The translations under genes and the position numbers were made by a program. The notes under the pieces were generated by a model. It was not told the DNA's origin. It saw nothing but the letters and a program-made list of their open reading frames with translations, and ran no database searches. Positions 41,813 through 51,283 of a DNA stretch of 58,216 nucleotides are shown here, in pieces. The stretch is from the IMG/VR virus record IMGVR_UViG_3300006930_000005, one strand, 5' to 3'. Numbering within the stretch: the stretch's first letter is position 1; every line of letters begins with the position of its first letter. Origin of the DNA: an uncultured virus (IMG/VR IMGVR_UViG_3300006930_000005). Lineage: Duplodnaviria > Heunggongvirae > Uroviricota > Caudoviricetes.

Positions 41813-41826
41813 AGGAGGATATTTAA

Positions 41827-43386
41827 ATGGAAAAAATAAATTTTAGTTGGCTTGATGATATGCATTTAGAAAATAAAACATTATTTGAACAATTTTATCA
41901 AGCTATGAAAAACAACGATGTAGATACTGCTAGTAATATAATGTTAAATAATCCTCAATTAGCAAATCAAATACTAGATTCTGATAATATAAATAACTTA
42001 ATAAATTCTGTGTTATTATTAGAGAGTCAATCTAAAACAGAAATTGATGATTTCTTAAATAATCTACAAACTGTTTTTCAAAATTTAATAGATAACACAA
42101 AATTTATAAGTCCATATAATGAATTAATTAAATATAATAAACATAACTGCGTTACTTATAATAATAATACTTATTTTGCTATTATAGACCCTCCTTTAGG
42201 TACTATCCCAACTAATGTAACTTATTGGAACGAATATAATATAAAAGGTCTACAAGGATATCCTGGAGTTAATTTAAGTATGAAGTATAATTGGAGTGCA
42301 ACTGTAAATTATGTTTTGAATGATGTTGTTATTTATCAAAACAAATTATGGGCGGCTATATCTCCTAGTATAGGAGTACCTCCGAACTTAATGTTTAACT
42401 CATGGTTTATAGTTGGATTACCTAAATTACCTATAAAAACATCTGTAACTGAAACAGCTCCAACTAATATTTCAGAAGGAGATTTGTGGTTTAAAGTTAT
42501 AAGTGGAGGAAGTGTAGTTCAAGATAAATGGGTTTATAAAGCTAATATGCCTACTGCAAGATATGCTTGTAGAGCTTTTAAAAATGGTTCTAATTTATAT
42601 ATTGTTGGAGGAGATGATGTATCTGCGGCAAGAATAGCAACAAATGAAATGTATGATACTTTAACAGATACATGGTCTACTAAACAACCTATGATAACTC
42701 CTAGAGGTGCTCCAATGCCAGTTGTTTTAAATGGTAAAGCTTATGTCGCTGGAGGAACAAGGTTGTTTGGTGAAATTTTAGATGTTAATGAGGAATATGA
42801 CTTTGGTTTAAACTCATGGTCTACAAAAGCACCTATGCCAGAACCTCTTGTTGCTGGTGGATACGCTCCTAATTCTGATAATACAAAGGGTTATTTCTTT
42901 TGTGGACAAGATGTTAATTTTACACCTTTAAATAAAATATATGAATATACTCAAGCAACTAATTCTTGGTTATTAGTTGGAACCGTTCCTTATTCTTCTA
43001 CAGAAGCGAATGCATTTTATCATAATAATGGTATATATTTAAAAATAACACCATATGGTACAACTACTGCAAAATTATTATTTTATGATATTACTTTAAA
43101 TACTTTTACTGAAAAAGCTGATTTACCAAATAATAGAAGTTTCGGTAATTTAGTTGGATATGGAGATTATTTATATTATATAGGTGGATTAAGAGATGAT
43201 GGTTATACTACAAATGATAATCAAATATACAATATATTAACAAACACATGGAATAATGGTATTCCAATGCAATCTACAAGGATATCTGCAGCAAGTGAAG
43301 TTATAGGAAGTAAAATATATGTATGTGGTGGAGCAGATTTAGCTTTATATGAAATAACTAATTCATTAGAGGCTTATACTATTTAA
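41827..43386 (+). CDS. Kelch-repeat beta-propeller tail protein
   Basis: About six repeats of LYIVGG...E.YD...W...PMP; N-terminal half paralogous to 41078. Confidence 0.8.
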   Translation: MEKINFSWLDDMHLENKTLFEQFYQAMKNNDVDTASNIMLNNPQLANQILDSDNINNLINSVLLLESQSKTEIDDFLNNLQTVFQNLIDNTKFISPYNELIKYNKHNCVTYNNNTYFAIIDPPLGTIPTNVTYWNEYNIKGLQGYPGVNLSMKYNWSATVNYVLNDVVIYQNKLWAAISPSIGVPPNLMFNSWFIVGLPKLPIKTSVTETAPTNISEGDLWFKVISGGSVVQDKWVYKANMPTARYACRAFKNGSNLYIVGGDDVSAARIATNEMYDTLTDTWSTKQPMITPRGAPMPVVLNGKAYVAGGTRLFGEILDVNEEYDFGLNSWSTKAPMPEPLVAGGYAPNSDNTKGYFFCGQDVNFTPLNKIYEYTQATNSWLLVGTVPYSSTEANAFYHNNGIYLKITPYGTTTAKLLFYDITLNTFTEKADLPNNRSFGNLVGYGDYLYYIGGLRDDGYTTNDNQIYNILTNTWNNGIPMQSTRISAASEVIGSKIYVCGGADLALYEITNSLEAYTI

Positions 43387-43404
43387 AATTAGGAGGATTA
43401 ATAA

Positions 43405-43806
43405 ATGATAGATAAAATAAAATTATTTGAAAAAGCTCTTAGTTTAGGTTCAAAAAAAACAATTAATGACTTAGAAATGATATTAAGCAAATATGATATG
43501 CCTAAATTAATAGAGGATAAAAAAAACAAATTTAGATTAGAAATATGGGATAAAAAAAAGAGTATTAATGGTGTTACAGCAAAGAATATAATTAATAGTA
43601 GAAATTATGAAATAGACCAAGTATATTTAATTTATATAGACAATAAGTTAGTTTATTTACAAGACCATAATCCTAATGAATCAGGATTCGTTAAAATGAC
43701 AAATTTAGATGTGGAAGAAATAGGAAATAAATTTATTGAAAATAAAGCAACTCAATCTGTATATGAAGATATATATAATGATGTAATAAGAAAAATGTTA
43801 GAATAA
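43405..43806 (+). CDS. hypothetical protein
   Basis: AGGAGG SD. Confidence 0.6.
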   Translation: MIDKIKLFEKALSLGSKKTINDLEMILSKYDMPKLIEDKKNKFRLEIWDKKKSINGVTAKNIINSRNYEIDQVYLIYIDNKLVYLQDHNPNESGFVKMTNLDVEEIGNKFIENKATQSVYEDIYNDVIRKMLE

Positions 43807-43825
43807 AAGAAAGGAGTGATTATAT

Positions 43826-44593
43826 ATGGCTAAAAACATTGTAATGAATGTATTGACAAGTTTAGGATACGAAGCTATGTATCCATTTAATCCAGCTAAT
43901 TTATTATTAGCAACAACAGAAGTAACTAGTACTACTTCAAATTATGATTTAACTATTTCAGAATTAACAACTCCATATGAAAATAATATGGGTATAGTAT
44001 TGTTTATTCCAAATGTTACTAATATAGCTAATGCTACAATTACTTTAAATGTAAATACGGTTTGCAATATAAAGTTTGAAGATGGTACAAATATAACAGA
44101 TGGTATTTTAGTATTAAATACTCCTGTATTATTAAAATATTACGAAGGAGATTTTTATCTTTTAATGTCTAAAGCACAAGTAGGTTTGATAAATGTTGAT
44201 AATACATCAGATTTAAATAAACCTATAAGCACAGCAACGCAAAGTGCGTTAAATGGTAAATTAAATAACTCAGCATCTATTCCTACTAATTCTAATATTA
44301 ATGATTATATTACAAATGGTATGTATTTTTATGCTTCAACATCAACAGGTTTATCTAATATACCATTAGAAGCTATTTCTAAAATGTTTGCATTATTTGT
44401 AGAAAATAATGGGAATGGGGTAACTCAAACTTTAACAATAGGACAAACTGGAGTTCAACTATTTAAAAGGAATTCTTTTGGTGGTAGTTGGGGAGCATGG
44501 ATTCAAATTCCTACTATTACTTATGGAACAGAAGAACCTGTTGCAGGAACAGCAGTAGATGGAAATATATATATAAAATATAGTTTAACATAG
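43826..44593 (+). CDS. tail fibre protein with pyocin-knob-like domain
   Basis: KAQVGLINVDNTSDLNKPISTATQ; QLFKRN...WGAW. Confidence 0.65.
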   Translation: MAKNIVMNVLTSLGYEAMYPFNPANLLLATTEVTSTTSNYDLTISELTTPYENNMGIVLFIPNVTNIANATITLNVNTVCNIKFEDGTNITDGILVLNTPVLLKYYEGDFYLLMSKAQVGLINVDNTSDLNKPISTATQSALNGKLNNSASIPTNSNINDYITNGMYFYASTSTGLSNIPLEAISKMFALFVENNGNGVTQTLTIGQTGVQLFKRNSFGGSWGAWIQIPTITYGTEEPVAGTAVDGNIYIKYSLT

Positions 44594-44610
44594 AAAGGTG
44601 TGTGTAAAAT

Positions 44611-45774
44611 ATGGCATGGATACATTATGAATATACTAGTTCTTTTCCTAAATTTTATTACGATATAAATTACACAACATCTCGTTCAGGTGGTCAAGTA
44701 ACAGTAAACTTTACAATAGATGCAACTATAAACGGATATGCTAATATTCTCGGACCGGTTGTATTTCAAGTTGGTTATTGGAACGGTAGTACAGATACTC
44801 AAGTCACAATAAAAGAAAGAAGTGGAGATAATTGGAGTGGAGGAACAAGAACGAGAACTTGTTCTTTAACATTCACAGATTATGGTACATCTAGAGGATT
44901 TTATGTTAGAGTAAATTCTGGAGATTTATCAAATGCTTATATGCCTCAAAACTATGGAGTATGTAATTTTGCTGGAATGGTAGCTCCTAGCGCACCTGCT
45001 TGGATGTCAACATCTCCTACTTCTGTTGAAGTTAATTCACAGTTTTTAGTTTCTTGGGCAACAGGTACTCCTGGTAGTTTACCTATTACAGGTTATGATG
45101 TATGGATAAAAGCATTTAATGGTTCTGTATGGACTGATTGGGCAGCATGGAGGACTAATATAAATTACTCTTCATTCTGGGAAGTTGCTCCTAAAAATAT
45201 AAATGTTTATGGAGTTACAGGTGCGCCAAATGTTAAATTTGTTTATATTGTAAGAGCTAGGGACGGAGTAAATGTTTCACCTTGGACTCAAAGTAACGAG
45301 GTTAATATATCATTTATATCTCCTACATCTCCTTCTCAAGTTTTATTTGACCCTTCTAAAGCAATTAAGAAAACTCAAACGGTTACTATTAATTGGACTA
45401 AAGGTGTTGGAGGCTCAGGTTCTATTACAAGTTATGGATTAAGTTTTAGAAGATTTAATAAAGACACAGGAATATGGAGTAACTGGACTACTAATATAAA
45501 TATAAATGCTCTAAAATATGTTTGGTCTCCTTTTGTTACTTATCCAACTTTAGATAATGGAGATATGTTACAATCAAGAGTTTCTACAAAAAACAATTGG
45601 GGAATTTCAAGTTCTTATGTAGTTTCTACTTATTTAAATGTAAAAGGAAATATAATTAGAATAGGAGTCAATACAAATTGGTACGAAGGAATGGTTTATG
45701 TTGGTAAAAATACAAATTGGTATGAAGGAACAGCTTACGTAGGTAAGAATGGAAATTGGTACGAAAGTATATAA
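44611..45774 (+). CDS. FN3-containing tail/receptor-binding protein
   Basis: PSAP...VSW...ITGYDV...YIVRA FN3 pattern twice; C-terminal NWYEG repeats. Confidence 0.6.
   Translation: MAWIHYEYTSSFPKFYYDINYTTSRSGGQVTVNFTIDATINGYANILGPVVFQVGYWNGSTDTQVTIKERSGDNWSGGTRTRTCSLTFTDYGTSRGFYVRVNSGDLSNAYMPQNYGVCNFAGMVAPSAPAWMSTSPTSVEVNSQFLVSWATGTPGSLPITGYDVWIKAFNGSVWTDWAAWRTNINYSSFWEVAPKNINVYGVTGAPNVKFVYIVRARDGVNVSPWTQSNEVNISFISPTSPSQVLFDPSKAIKKTQTVTINWTKGVGGSGSITSYGLSFRRFNKDTGIWSNWTTNININALKYVWSPFVTYPTLDNGDMLQSRVSTKNNWGISSSYVVSTYLNVKGNIIRIGVNTNWYEGMVYVGKNTNWYEGTAYVGKNGNWYESI
45670..45768 (+). repeat. three 39-bp coding repeats
   Basis: AAT(ACA/GGA)AATTGGTA(C/T)GAA three times at 39-nt spacing. Confidence 0.7.
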
Positions 45775-45856
45775 AAAAATAAGCCTTAGGATTGATTTAA
45801 AGACATATAAAAATAAAAGGGTATAAAATTATACCCCTGTAAAATCGTTAAGATTT

Positions 45857-45889
45857 GAGAGATAAGCGTAATTGCCTATCTCTTTTTTT
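45857..45889. terminator. terminator between the convergent late and early arms
   Basis: GAGAGATAAGC...GCCTATCTCTT followed by a T tract. Confidence 0.65.
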
Positions 45890-45897
45890 ATGTGTTT

Positions 45898-46362
45898 TTA
45901 TTGTTCATTAAATAAAGTTCCTGTATAATAGTTTTTGCATACTATAATTTCTATATCATTAAGTTCATCTTTTTCTCCTATGACCATAGTATTTCCTGAG
46001 CTTATAGAATATCTATCATGATTTTCTTTTTTGATTTTGTGTATGACTTTATCTATATATTCTTGAGTCTCTTCGTTTGAAAATATATAAGCTTCTTCTC
46101 CACCCATTAAATAGAAATCGTCAGTCCCAAATTTCAAAGTTCTTTTTTCTGGTATTATAATTTCTTGTTCTTGTTCTCTAAAAAGACTTAATTCTAAAAA
46201 ATCATCAGTTTCTTGAAAACTTCTTTTAAGATATTCTTTACCACCATCCACAGCTACTTTACCACACTTACACCATTTAAAATCATGTGTGTTTTCAGAT
46301 TCTATAATATCTCCACAATGATTGCATTTAATAATATTTGCTATTATTTTTTTATTTTCCAT
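45898..46362 (-). CDS. Zn-binding conserved phage protein
   Basis: CNHCGD...HDFKWCKCGKVAVDGG. Confidence 0.65.
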   Translation of the reverse strand: MENKKIIANIIKCNHCGDIIESENTHDFKWCKCGKVAVDGGKEYLKRSFQETDDFLELSLFREQEQEIIIPEKRTLKFGTDDFYLMGGEEAYIFSNEETQEYIDKVIHKIKKENHDRYSISSGNTMVIGEKDELNDIEIIVCKNYYTGTLFNEQ

Positions 46363-46885
46363 TTGATACCTCCTGGAATAGTTTTTCTATATTATATATA
46401 TAGTTTACTTTCTTTAAAGTTTGTTCTATTAATATAGTATCTTGATAACTTAATATATCAGATTCATTAATAGATTTCTTATCAGTATTTTCATAGAAAT
46501 CATTAAATGAATCAATACTCATAAAGTATGTATTATTATTCTTTCTAAAATTAAATAGAAATCCTGGATAAACACCTTTATAAATATTAGCATCATTTAA
46601 TCCTTTTATTTGTCTTGCTTTTATCATTTTTTTATTATCTTTATCATCACTTGGTATTGAGAATGAAGTTCCTATAGTAGACTTAAGCTCACAAGGAACA
46701 AGGTTAGGGTATTTATACATTTCAGTATCATAAGGGGATGATTGGGTGAACCTTATATTAGATTGACCCTCTCCCCCAAATGAGAACTGATTAGGAGCAT
46801 CTTTTATTCTTAACCATTTAATATCTTGTTTAACACAAGACTTCTTTATTGCATCTTCAAATATTTTACCTGCATTAGTTGCCAT
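46352..46885 (-). CDS. recU: RecU-like Holliday junction resolvase
   Basis: GKIFE...PYD...ELKST...QIKGL. Confidence 0.75.
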   Translation of the reverse strand: MATNAGKIFEDAIKKSCVKQDIKWLRIKDAPNQFSFGGEGQSNIRFTQSSPYDTEMYKYPNLVPCELKSTIGTSFSIPSDDKDNKKMIKARQIKGLNDANIYKGVYPGFLFNFRKNNNTYFMSIDSFNDFYENTDKKSINESDILSYQDTILIEQTLKKVNYIYNIEKLFQEVSNGK

Positions 46886-47114
46886 CTAAATCATCCTTTG
46901 CTAATTCTAAATATAAAGCAATAGCTTTTAAACATTTTATTTTATTTTCTAGTTTGTTTAAAGATTCGTATTCGTTTAAAATATCGAGTATTCTATTTGT
47001 TATTTCTAATTGTTCTTTACCTAATTTATTTAAACAATCCATACATGCTAATGCTCCATCTTCTAAACTTATTAAGTATTTTTCTGAGCCACATTGTAAA
47101 CATTTTCTACACAC
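46875..47114 (-). CDS. small CxxC protein
   Basis: CLQC...CMDC; overlaps neighbours. Confidence 0.55.
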   Translation of the reverse strand: MCRKCLQCGSEKYLISLEDGALACMDCLNKLGKEQLEITNRILDILNEYESLNKLENKIKCLKAIALYLELAKDDLDGN

Positions 47115-47295
47115 TGCAAATCACCTCATAAAGTTCCCCATTTAAAGATTTTTCAACGCCACGCATTTTCATATCTTCACAGAAAAGCATATAGACATCT
47201 TCTCCTTCAAAAGAGGTTTGATAACACATATCTTTATGCCATATTATTTTATTATCTTCATCTGTTACGTTCTTTAAAAATTTAAGTTGTTTCAT
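47107..47295 (-). CDS. hypothetical protein
   Basis: Operon packing. Confidence 0.5.
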   Translation of the reverse strand: MKQLKFLKNVTDEDNKIIWHKDMCYQTSFEGEDVYMLFCEDMKMRGVEKSLNGELYEVICSV

Positions 47296-47300
47296 AAGCG

Positions 47301-47507
47301 TTACACTCTTTTTATTTCACAAGTCATTATTAATTCAGCAACAAAGAAATCTTCAGGGGTGTCTAATGTTGTTAAGAAATGTTTTGCATCTGATAATTCT
47401 TTTATACAAAGTGCACTATCTACTGTATCTGTCTCATTACATCTTTCATCTAAAAAAGTCAAATCATTTATACTCATTATTGTATAATATTTTTCACTTA
47501 TTGTCAT
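47301..47507 (-). CDS. hypothetical protein
   Basis: AGGAGG SD. Confidence 0.55.
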   Translation of the reverse strand: MTISEKYYTIMSINDLTFLDERCNETDTVDSALCIKELSDAKHFLTTLDTPEDFFVAELIMTCEIKRV

Positions 47508-47518
47508 AATAATTCCTC

Positions 47519-47797
47519 CTATTGTTGTTTTCTAGCTTCTCTACAACTAGAACATCTTTTTGGTTTAGAAAATCCTTTTTCTTCATACCAATTTCTTTCA
47601 TTATCTGTAAATGGGAAAGCATTTCCACAGTCTACACATTCTATCATTTCATCTGTATATTCATCTAGGTATAACATATGCTCTTCGTCTCCTACATATA
47701 ATGTGTCAGGTGTTATTTTTAATATAACATTTCCTTCTTTATCCTCTAATATTAAATTTTGATATTTGTTTGATAATATATTATTTTTTTCATTCAT
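47519..47797 (-). CDS. zinc-ribbon domain protein
   Basis: CVDCG..F.FT..E..WY.EKGF..PKRCSSCR. Confidence 0.75.
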   Translation of the reverse strand: MNEKNNILSNKYQNLILEDKEGNVILKITPDTLYVGDEEHMLYLDEYTDEMIECVDCGNAFPFTDNERNWYEEKGFSKPKRCSSCREARKQQ

Positions 47798-47824
47798 TTT
47801 TATTTCCTTCTTTCTTTTTATTAT

Positions 47825-48724
47825 TTAAAATATTTCTTTTTTAACGTTTTTTACTTTGTTCATAACAACAGCTTGTAAATACTTGAAATCAATTTTTGGA
47901 TTCTTGTATTCTTTAATAATATCCCAAATTTCTTCTACAACAAACTCGTGGAATATGGTATTTAGAAGTTGGGGAATCATTTTGCTATTCCATCCATTAT
48001 TTCTTGAAACTATTTTCTGATATTCTTTTTCTATAAATTCTTGACTACAAAACTTTTCTACTATTGTTTCTTCTATTTTAGTTGAACCGTTAATAACATT
48101 AACTCCCATCGCTTTGACATTTTTCTCTTTGAACTCATTTGATACTATCTTTGCCCACGTTTGTCTTCCGATATTTATTATAATAAGAATAATTTTTTAT
48201 CACAATTCCTTCGCCTTTTCCTTTTCCATCTTCCACTAAAAATTCCCCACATTTTTCAAGTGCAGTCAATAAATTTTCGTAAGTCGGTTGTTTTATTAGA
48301 CTTATAGGTGGAATATAATCAATTTCAAATTCATCTAATAGAGGTTTATATATTTCGTAAGGAAGCATTTCACCAGTTTCTAATTCTACATCAAATACAT
48401 AAAACTTTCTCCAGGCATCTCCGTCTATATGTATTTATAGAGTGTTTTACAAGCCATTCTCCGATATAATCTATGGTTTGGGTGTTTAGCTAGATAAGCT
48501 TTTATATTTTCATTCTGTAAAACATAAGCCATAAATCCAGCATTATCTTTCTCTAATGTTAAATCTCTATTTCTACTTCCACAACCAATAACACCATCAT
48601 CTTTCAACCATACAGAAGAATTTGTACCATCTAACTTATAAAATACGTAACAATTTCCAGATGTAATTCCTTCTACTTCATCTGAAGTTATTCTTTCAAT
48701 ATGCATATATTTTTTAAATTGCAT
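47825..48724 (-). CDS. RNA ligase (Rnl2-like nucleotidyltransferase); +1 recoding at CGG 48463, 48423, 48170 (298 aa)
   Basis: KLDGTN, SRN, restored LYGEW, FYVFDV, GEGIVIK, YGRQTWAKIV; joins three track ORFs. Confidence 0.85.
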
Positions 48725-49433
48725 TTAGTCATCCTCCTTATATCTAAATTCACCATGTAATTTGATTTCAGCATCTTTACGCATTTTTGCTGCTTCTTCT
48801 ATATTGGTATACAAACCTAAAAAAATATTTTTGTTGTTTATACGTATTTGTGAAAGCCATTTGCTATTTTTTTTATCCCAACAAACACCTTTGATTCCAC
48901 TTTTATTATTCTTTGGTTTTTTACTATTAAGCACATTTTCTTGAGGAGTACAAATCCTTAAGTTTTCTTTTCGATTATCATATTTAACTCCATTTTTATG
49001 GTCAATAATTTTTTCTCTATCTTCTAATACATCCATAATTAATCTATGAAACGTCTGAGGTTTTTTATTTATCCTAGTTACAAGATAACCTAAATTATTA
49101 ATATACCAACAGTATTCAGCTATTTTTTCAAAATCATCCAAGTCAAAATAAAATTTTTCATTTTTAAATGTAAAGCCAATTCCATATTTCCCAGCTAAAT
49201 CATAAATATTATATTTCTTTTTAGATTCTTTAAGATATTCTATTCGTAAACATCCACATGATTTAGTGCCACCTCTTTTTAATTCACTGCCTTCTACTAT
49301 TTTTTCATTCCCGACAATTACAATTACATAGCCACCATGTTCCGCCATTTTTAATATGTTCAGGTTTATCAACCCTTTCAATAACTGTCAATCTTCCAAA
49401 CTTTTCACCAGTTAAGTCTATAAATTTAGCCAA
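48725..49433 (-). CDS. HNH-AP2 homing endonuclease; +1 recoding at CGG 49313 (235 aa)
   Basis: TTG start; DLTGEKFGRLTVI...WLCNCNC|GNEK...TKSCGC; DHKNG...DNRKENLR; AP2 domain. Confidence 0.82.
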
Positions 49434-49448
49434 CTCAACTCACCCCTA

Positions 49449-49979
49449 CTAATCATTATAAAGCATTTTCAATAAATCGCTTTTCTTTATTACTATTGTA
49501 ATATCTCCATCTTCGTCTATTTCGTCTATATTTAAATCTTCGTAATCAGGACAAAACTCTGCGTTTAAACAAGTATTACAATCGTAATCTTCATCATCCT
49601 CTTCGTCTATATGCCCAAGGACATAATCTTTTATAACAATCATTTCATCTTTTGTAAGAACAATGTCTTGATTGAAACAATCAGTCACAATATATCCTTC
49701 ATTGTCTTTTTTTATTGTTAAACCTGTTTCGTCATCTAGGAAATAATCATATTCTTCATCTTCGGCTCTCTCTTGCATACATTGAAAACAATTACATTCT
49801 TCATCTTCATAATCAAAATCTGGTATTTCTATTTTTTCTTGCATATAATTATATATTTCTAACATTTCTTCCTCTGTAAATACATAAGAATTATTATACC
49901 CATCTCTTATATAATAACGATTAAGCTCTGTAGGTTCTATTCTTAATTCACCTTTTACTGGAGCTATTTTATTTTTCAT
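49449..49979 (-). CDS. acidic hypothetical protein with internal duplication
   Basis: Y.I.D..N...V.T..EM..I..Y...CxxC unit occurs twice. Confidence 0.6.
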   Translation of the reverse strand: MKNKIAPVKGELRIEPTELNRYYIRDGYNNSYVFTEEEMLEIYNYMQEKIEIPDFDYEDEECNCFQCMQERAEDEEYDYFLDDETGLTIKKDNEGYIVTDCFNQDIVLTKDEMIVIKDYVLGHIDEEDDEDYDCNTCLNAEFCPDYEDLNIDEIDEDGDITIVIKKSDLLKMLYND

Positions 49980-49999
49980 ATTATTCTCCTCCTTATAAT

Positions 50000-50251
50000 T
50001 TAATTACATAAATCTTTATAGTTACAACTATCTTCTATTATTTCTTTTAATTCATTATATGTATATTTTTCATCGTCTATTTGATATATTTTAGTATCGC
50101 CATCAACAACTTCTATATCGTAAGGATAAAAAACAAATACATATTCATCTCCTAATTCTTCTTTTAAATATTTTATCATATTATCAGCATACTCAAAAGA
50201 AATAGTTCTACTTTCTATTGGATATTTAAATTGTATAATTTTTTTAGCCAT
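50000..50251 (-). CDS. hypothetical protein
   Basis: GGAGG SD. Confidence 0.55.
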   Translation of the reverse strand: MAKKIIQFKYPIESRTISFEYADNMIKYLKEELGDEYVFVFYPYDIEVVDGDTKIYQIDDEKYTYNELKEIIEDSCNYKDLCN

Positions 50252-50263
50252 AAGTATCGCCTC

Positions 50264-50527
50264 CTATTTAATATAATTTACTTTAAACTCTTTAACTTTA
50301 TAAACTTTGCTGTCTTTTGTATGTATTTCACTTGTATCGCCACAATATATTATTTCTATATTTGTTAAAGTTACTTTTTCATTATTTATAATAGTTTCAA
50401 CACTTGCTATATTTTTAGCATCTTCTTTGCCAACAATTTCACATATTATATATCCTGTAAAAAAAACAGCAACGCTAATAATTAAACATACAAAAAATAT
50501 TCCTATAATTTCTATAAAAGTATCCAT
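50264..50527 (-). CDS. membrane-anchored hypothetical protein
   Basis: N-terminal TM; AAGGAG SD. Confidence 0.55.
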   Translation of the reverse strand: MDTFIEIIGIFFVCLIISVAVFFTGYIICEIVGKEDAKNIASVETIINNEKVTLTNIEIIYCGDTSEIHTKDSKVYKVKEFKVNYIK

Positions 50528-50529
50528 AA

Positions 50530-50670
50530 TTATTTATCTCCTTTCGTTTCTTTGATAAAGTATTTCCAAAAAGCTTTAACTTTACCTTTTTTAGCTTTAG
50601 CAATTTCTTTAACTTGACTTCTTATAAAAGTCCTATTTCCTTTGGTATCGATTTCTTTAATATCAAACAT
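50530..50670 (-). CDS. small basic protein (46 aa, not in ORF track)
   Basis: GAGGGG SD; MFDIKEIDTKGNRTFIRSQVKEIAKAKKGKVKAFWKYF... Confidence 0.55.
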   Translation of the reverse strand: MFDIKEIDTKGNRTFIRSQVKEIAKAKKGKVKAFWKYFIKETKGDK

Positions 50671-50723
50671 AATATTTCCCCTCTTTCTATAATAAGAACT
50701 TGACATTCTTTTATTATAATTAT

Positions 50724-50752
50724 ATTATAACATATTTTGTTCTGAATGTCAA
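50724..50752 (-). promoter_or_regulatory. consensus sigmaA promoter
   Basis: TTGACA-17 nt-TATAAT with extended TG. Confidence 0.85.
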
Positions 50753-50761
50753 GTCTTTTTG

Positions 50762-51283
50762 CTAAATTTCGTATAAAACTGCTTTATTTTGTCTTAAACT
50801 TTCTTTAATATCTAAAATCCTTTGGTTTGAACTACCTTTAAATTTTAAAGTTACATCTTTCAATTCCTCTATGAATTCACCATCTATCAATATATCAATT
50901 TCTTTTAATAATTTTAGCTTATCACTATTTTGAATTAATTCTTCAAACGTATATCCTGTATAACACCAAATTGTTTTGTTTTGTAATTCGTTTTTAAATA
51001 AATTTATAATAAAATTACTTGTATTAATATTATCAAATGGTTCTCCGCCTAATAAACATAAATTGTCATATTGATTCCCATGTATTTTTAAAATATTTTT
51101 TATTTCTTTAATTTTATTTTCATTGAGCATATTTCCTTTTTTAAAATCCCATGTTCCCTTATTAAAACACCCTTTACAATGATGAGTACATCCTTGAGTA
51201 TAAAAACTTAAAGACATACCTTTTGCGTTGACAATATCATTATATATTATATTTGCATATCTCATACTAGATATTAATTCCAT
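50762..51283 (-). CDS. nrdG: anaerobic ribonucleotide reductase activase
   Basis: CTHHCKGC radical-SAM motif, LLGGEP, GSSNQR; start may be ATG 51265. Confidence 0.92.
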   Translation of the reverse strand: MELISSMRYANIIYNDIVNAKGMSLSFYTQGCTHHCKGCFNKGTWDFKKGNMLNENKIKEIKNILKIHGNQYDNLCLLGGEPFDNINTSNFIINLFKNELQNKTIWCYTGYTFEELIQNSDKLKLLKEIDILIDGEFIEELKDVTLKFKGSSNQRILDIKESLRQNKAVLYEI

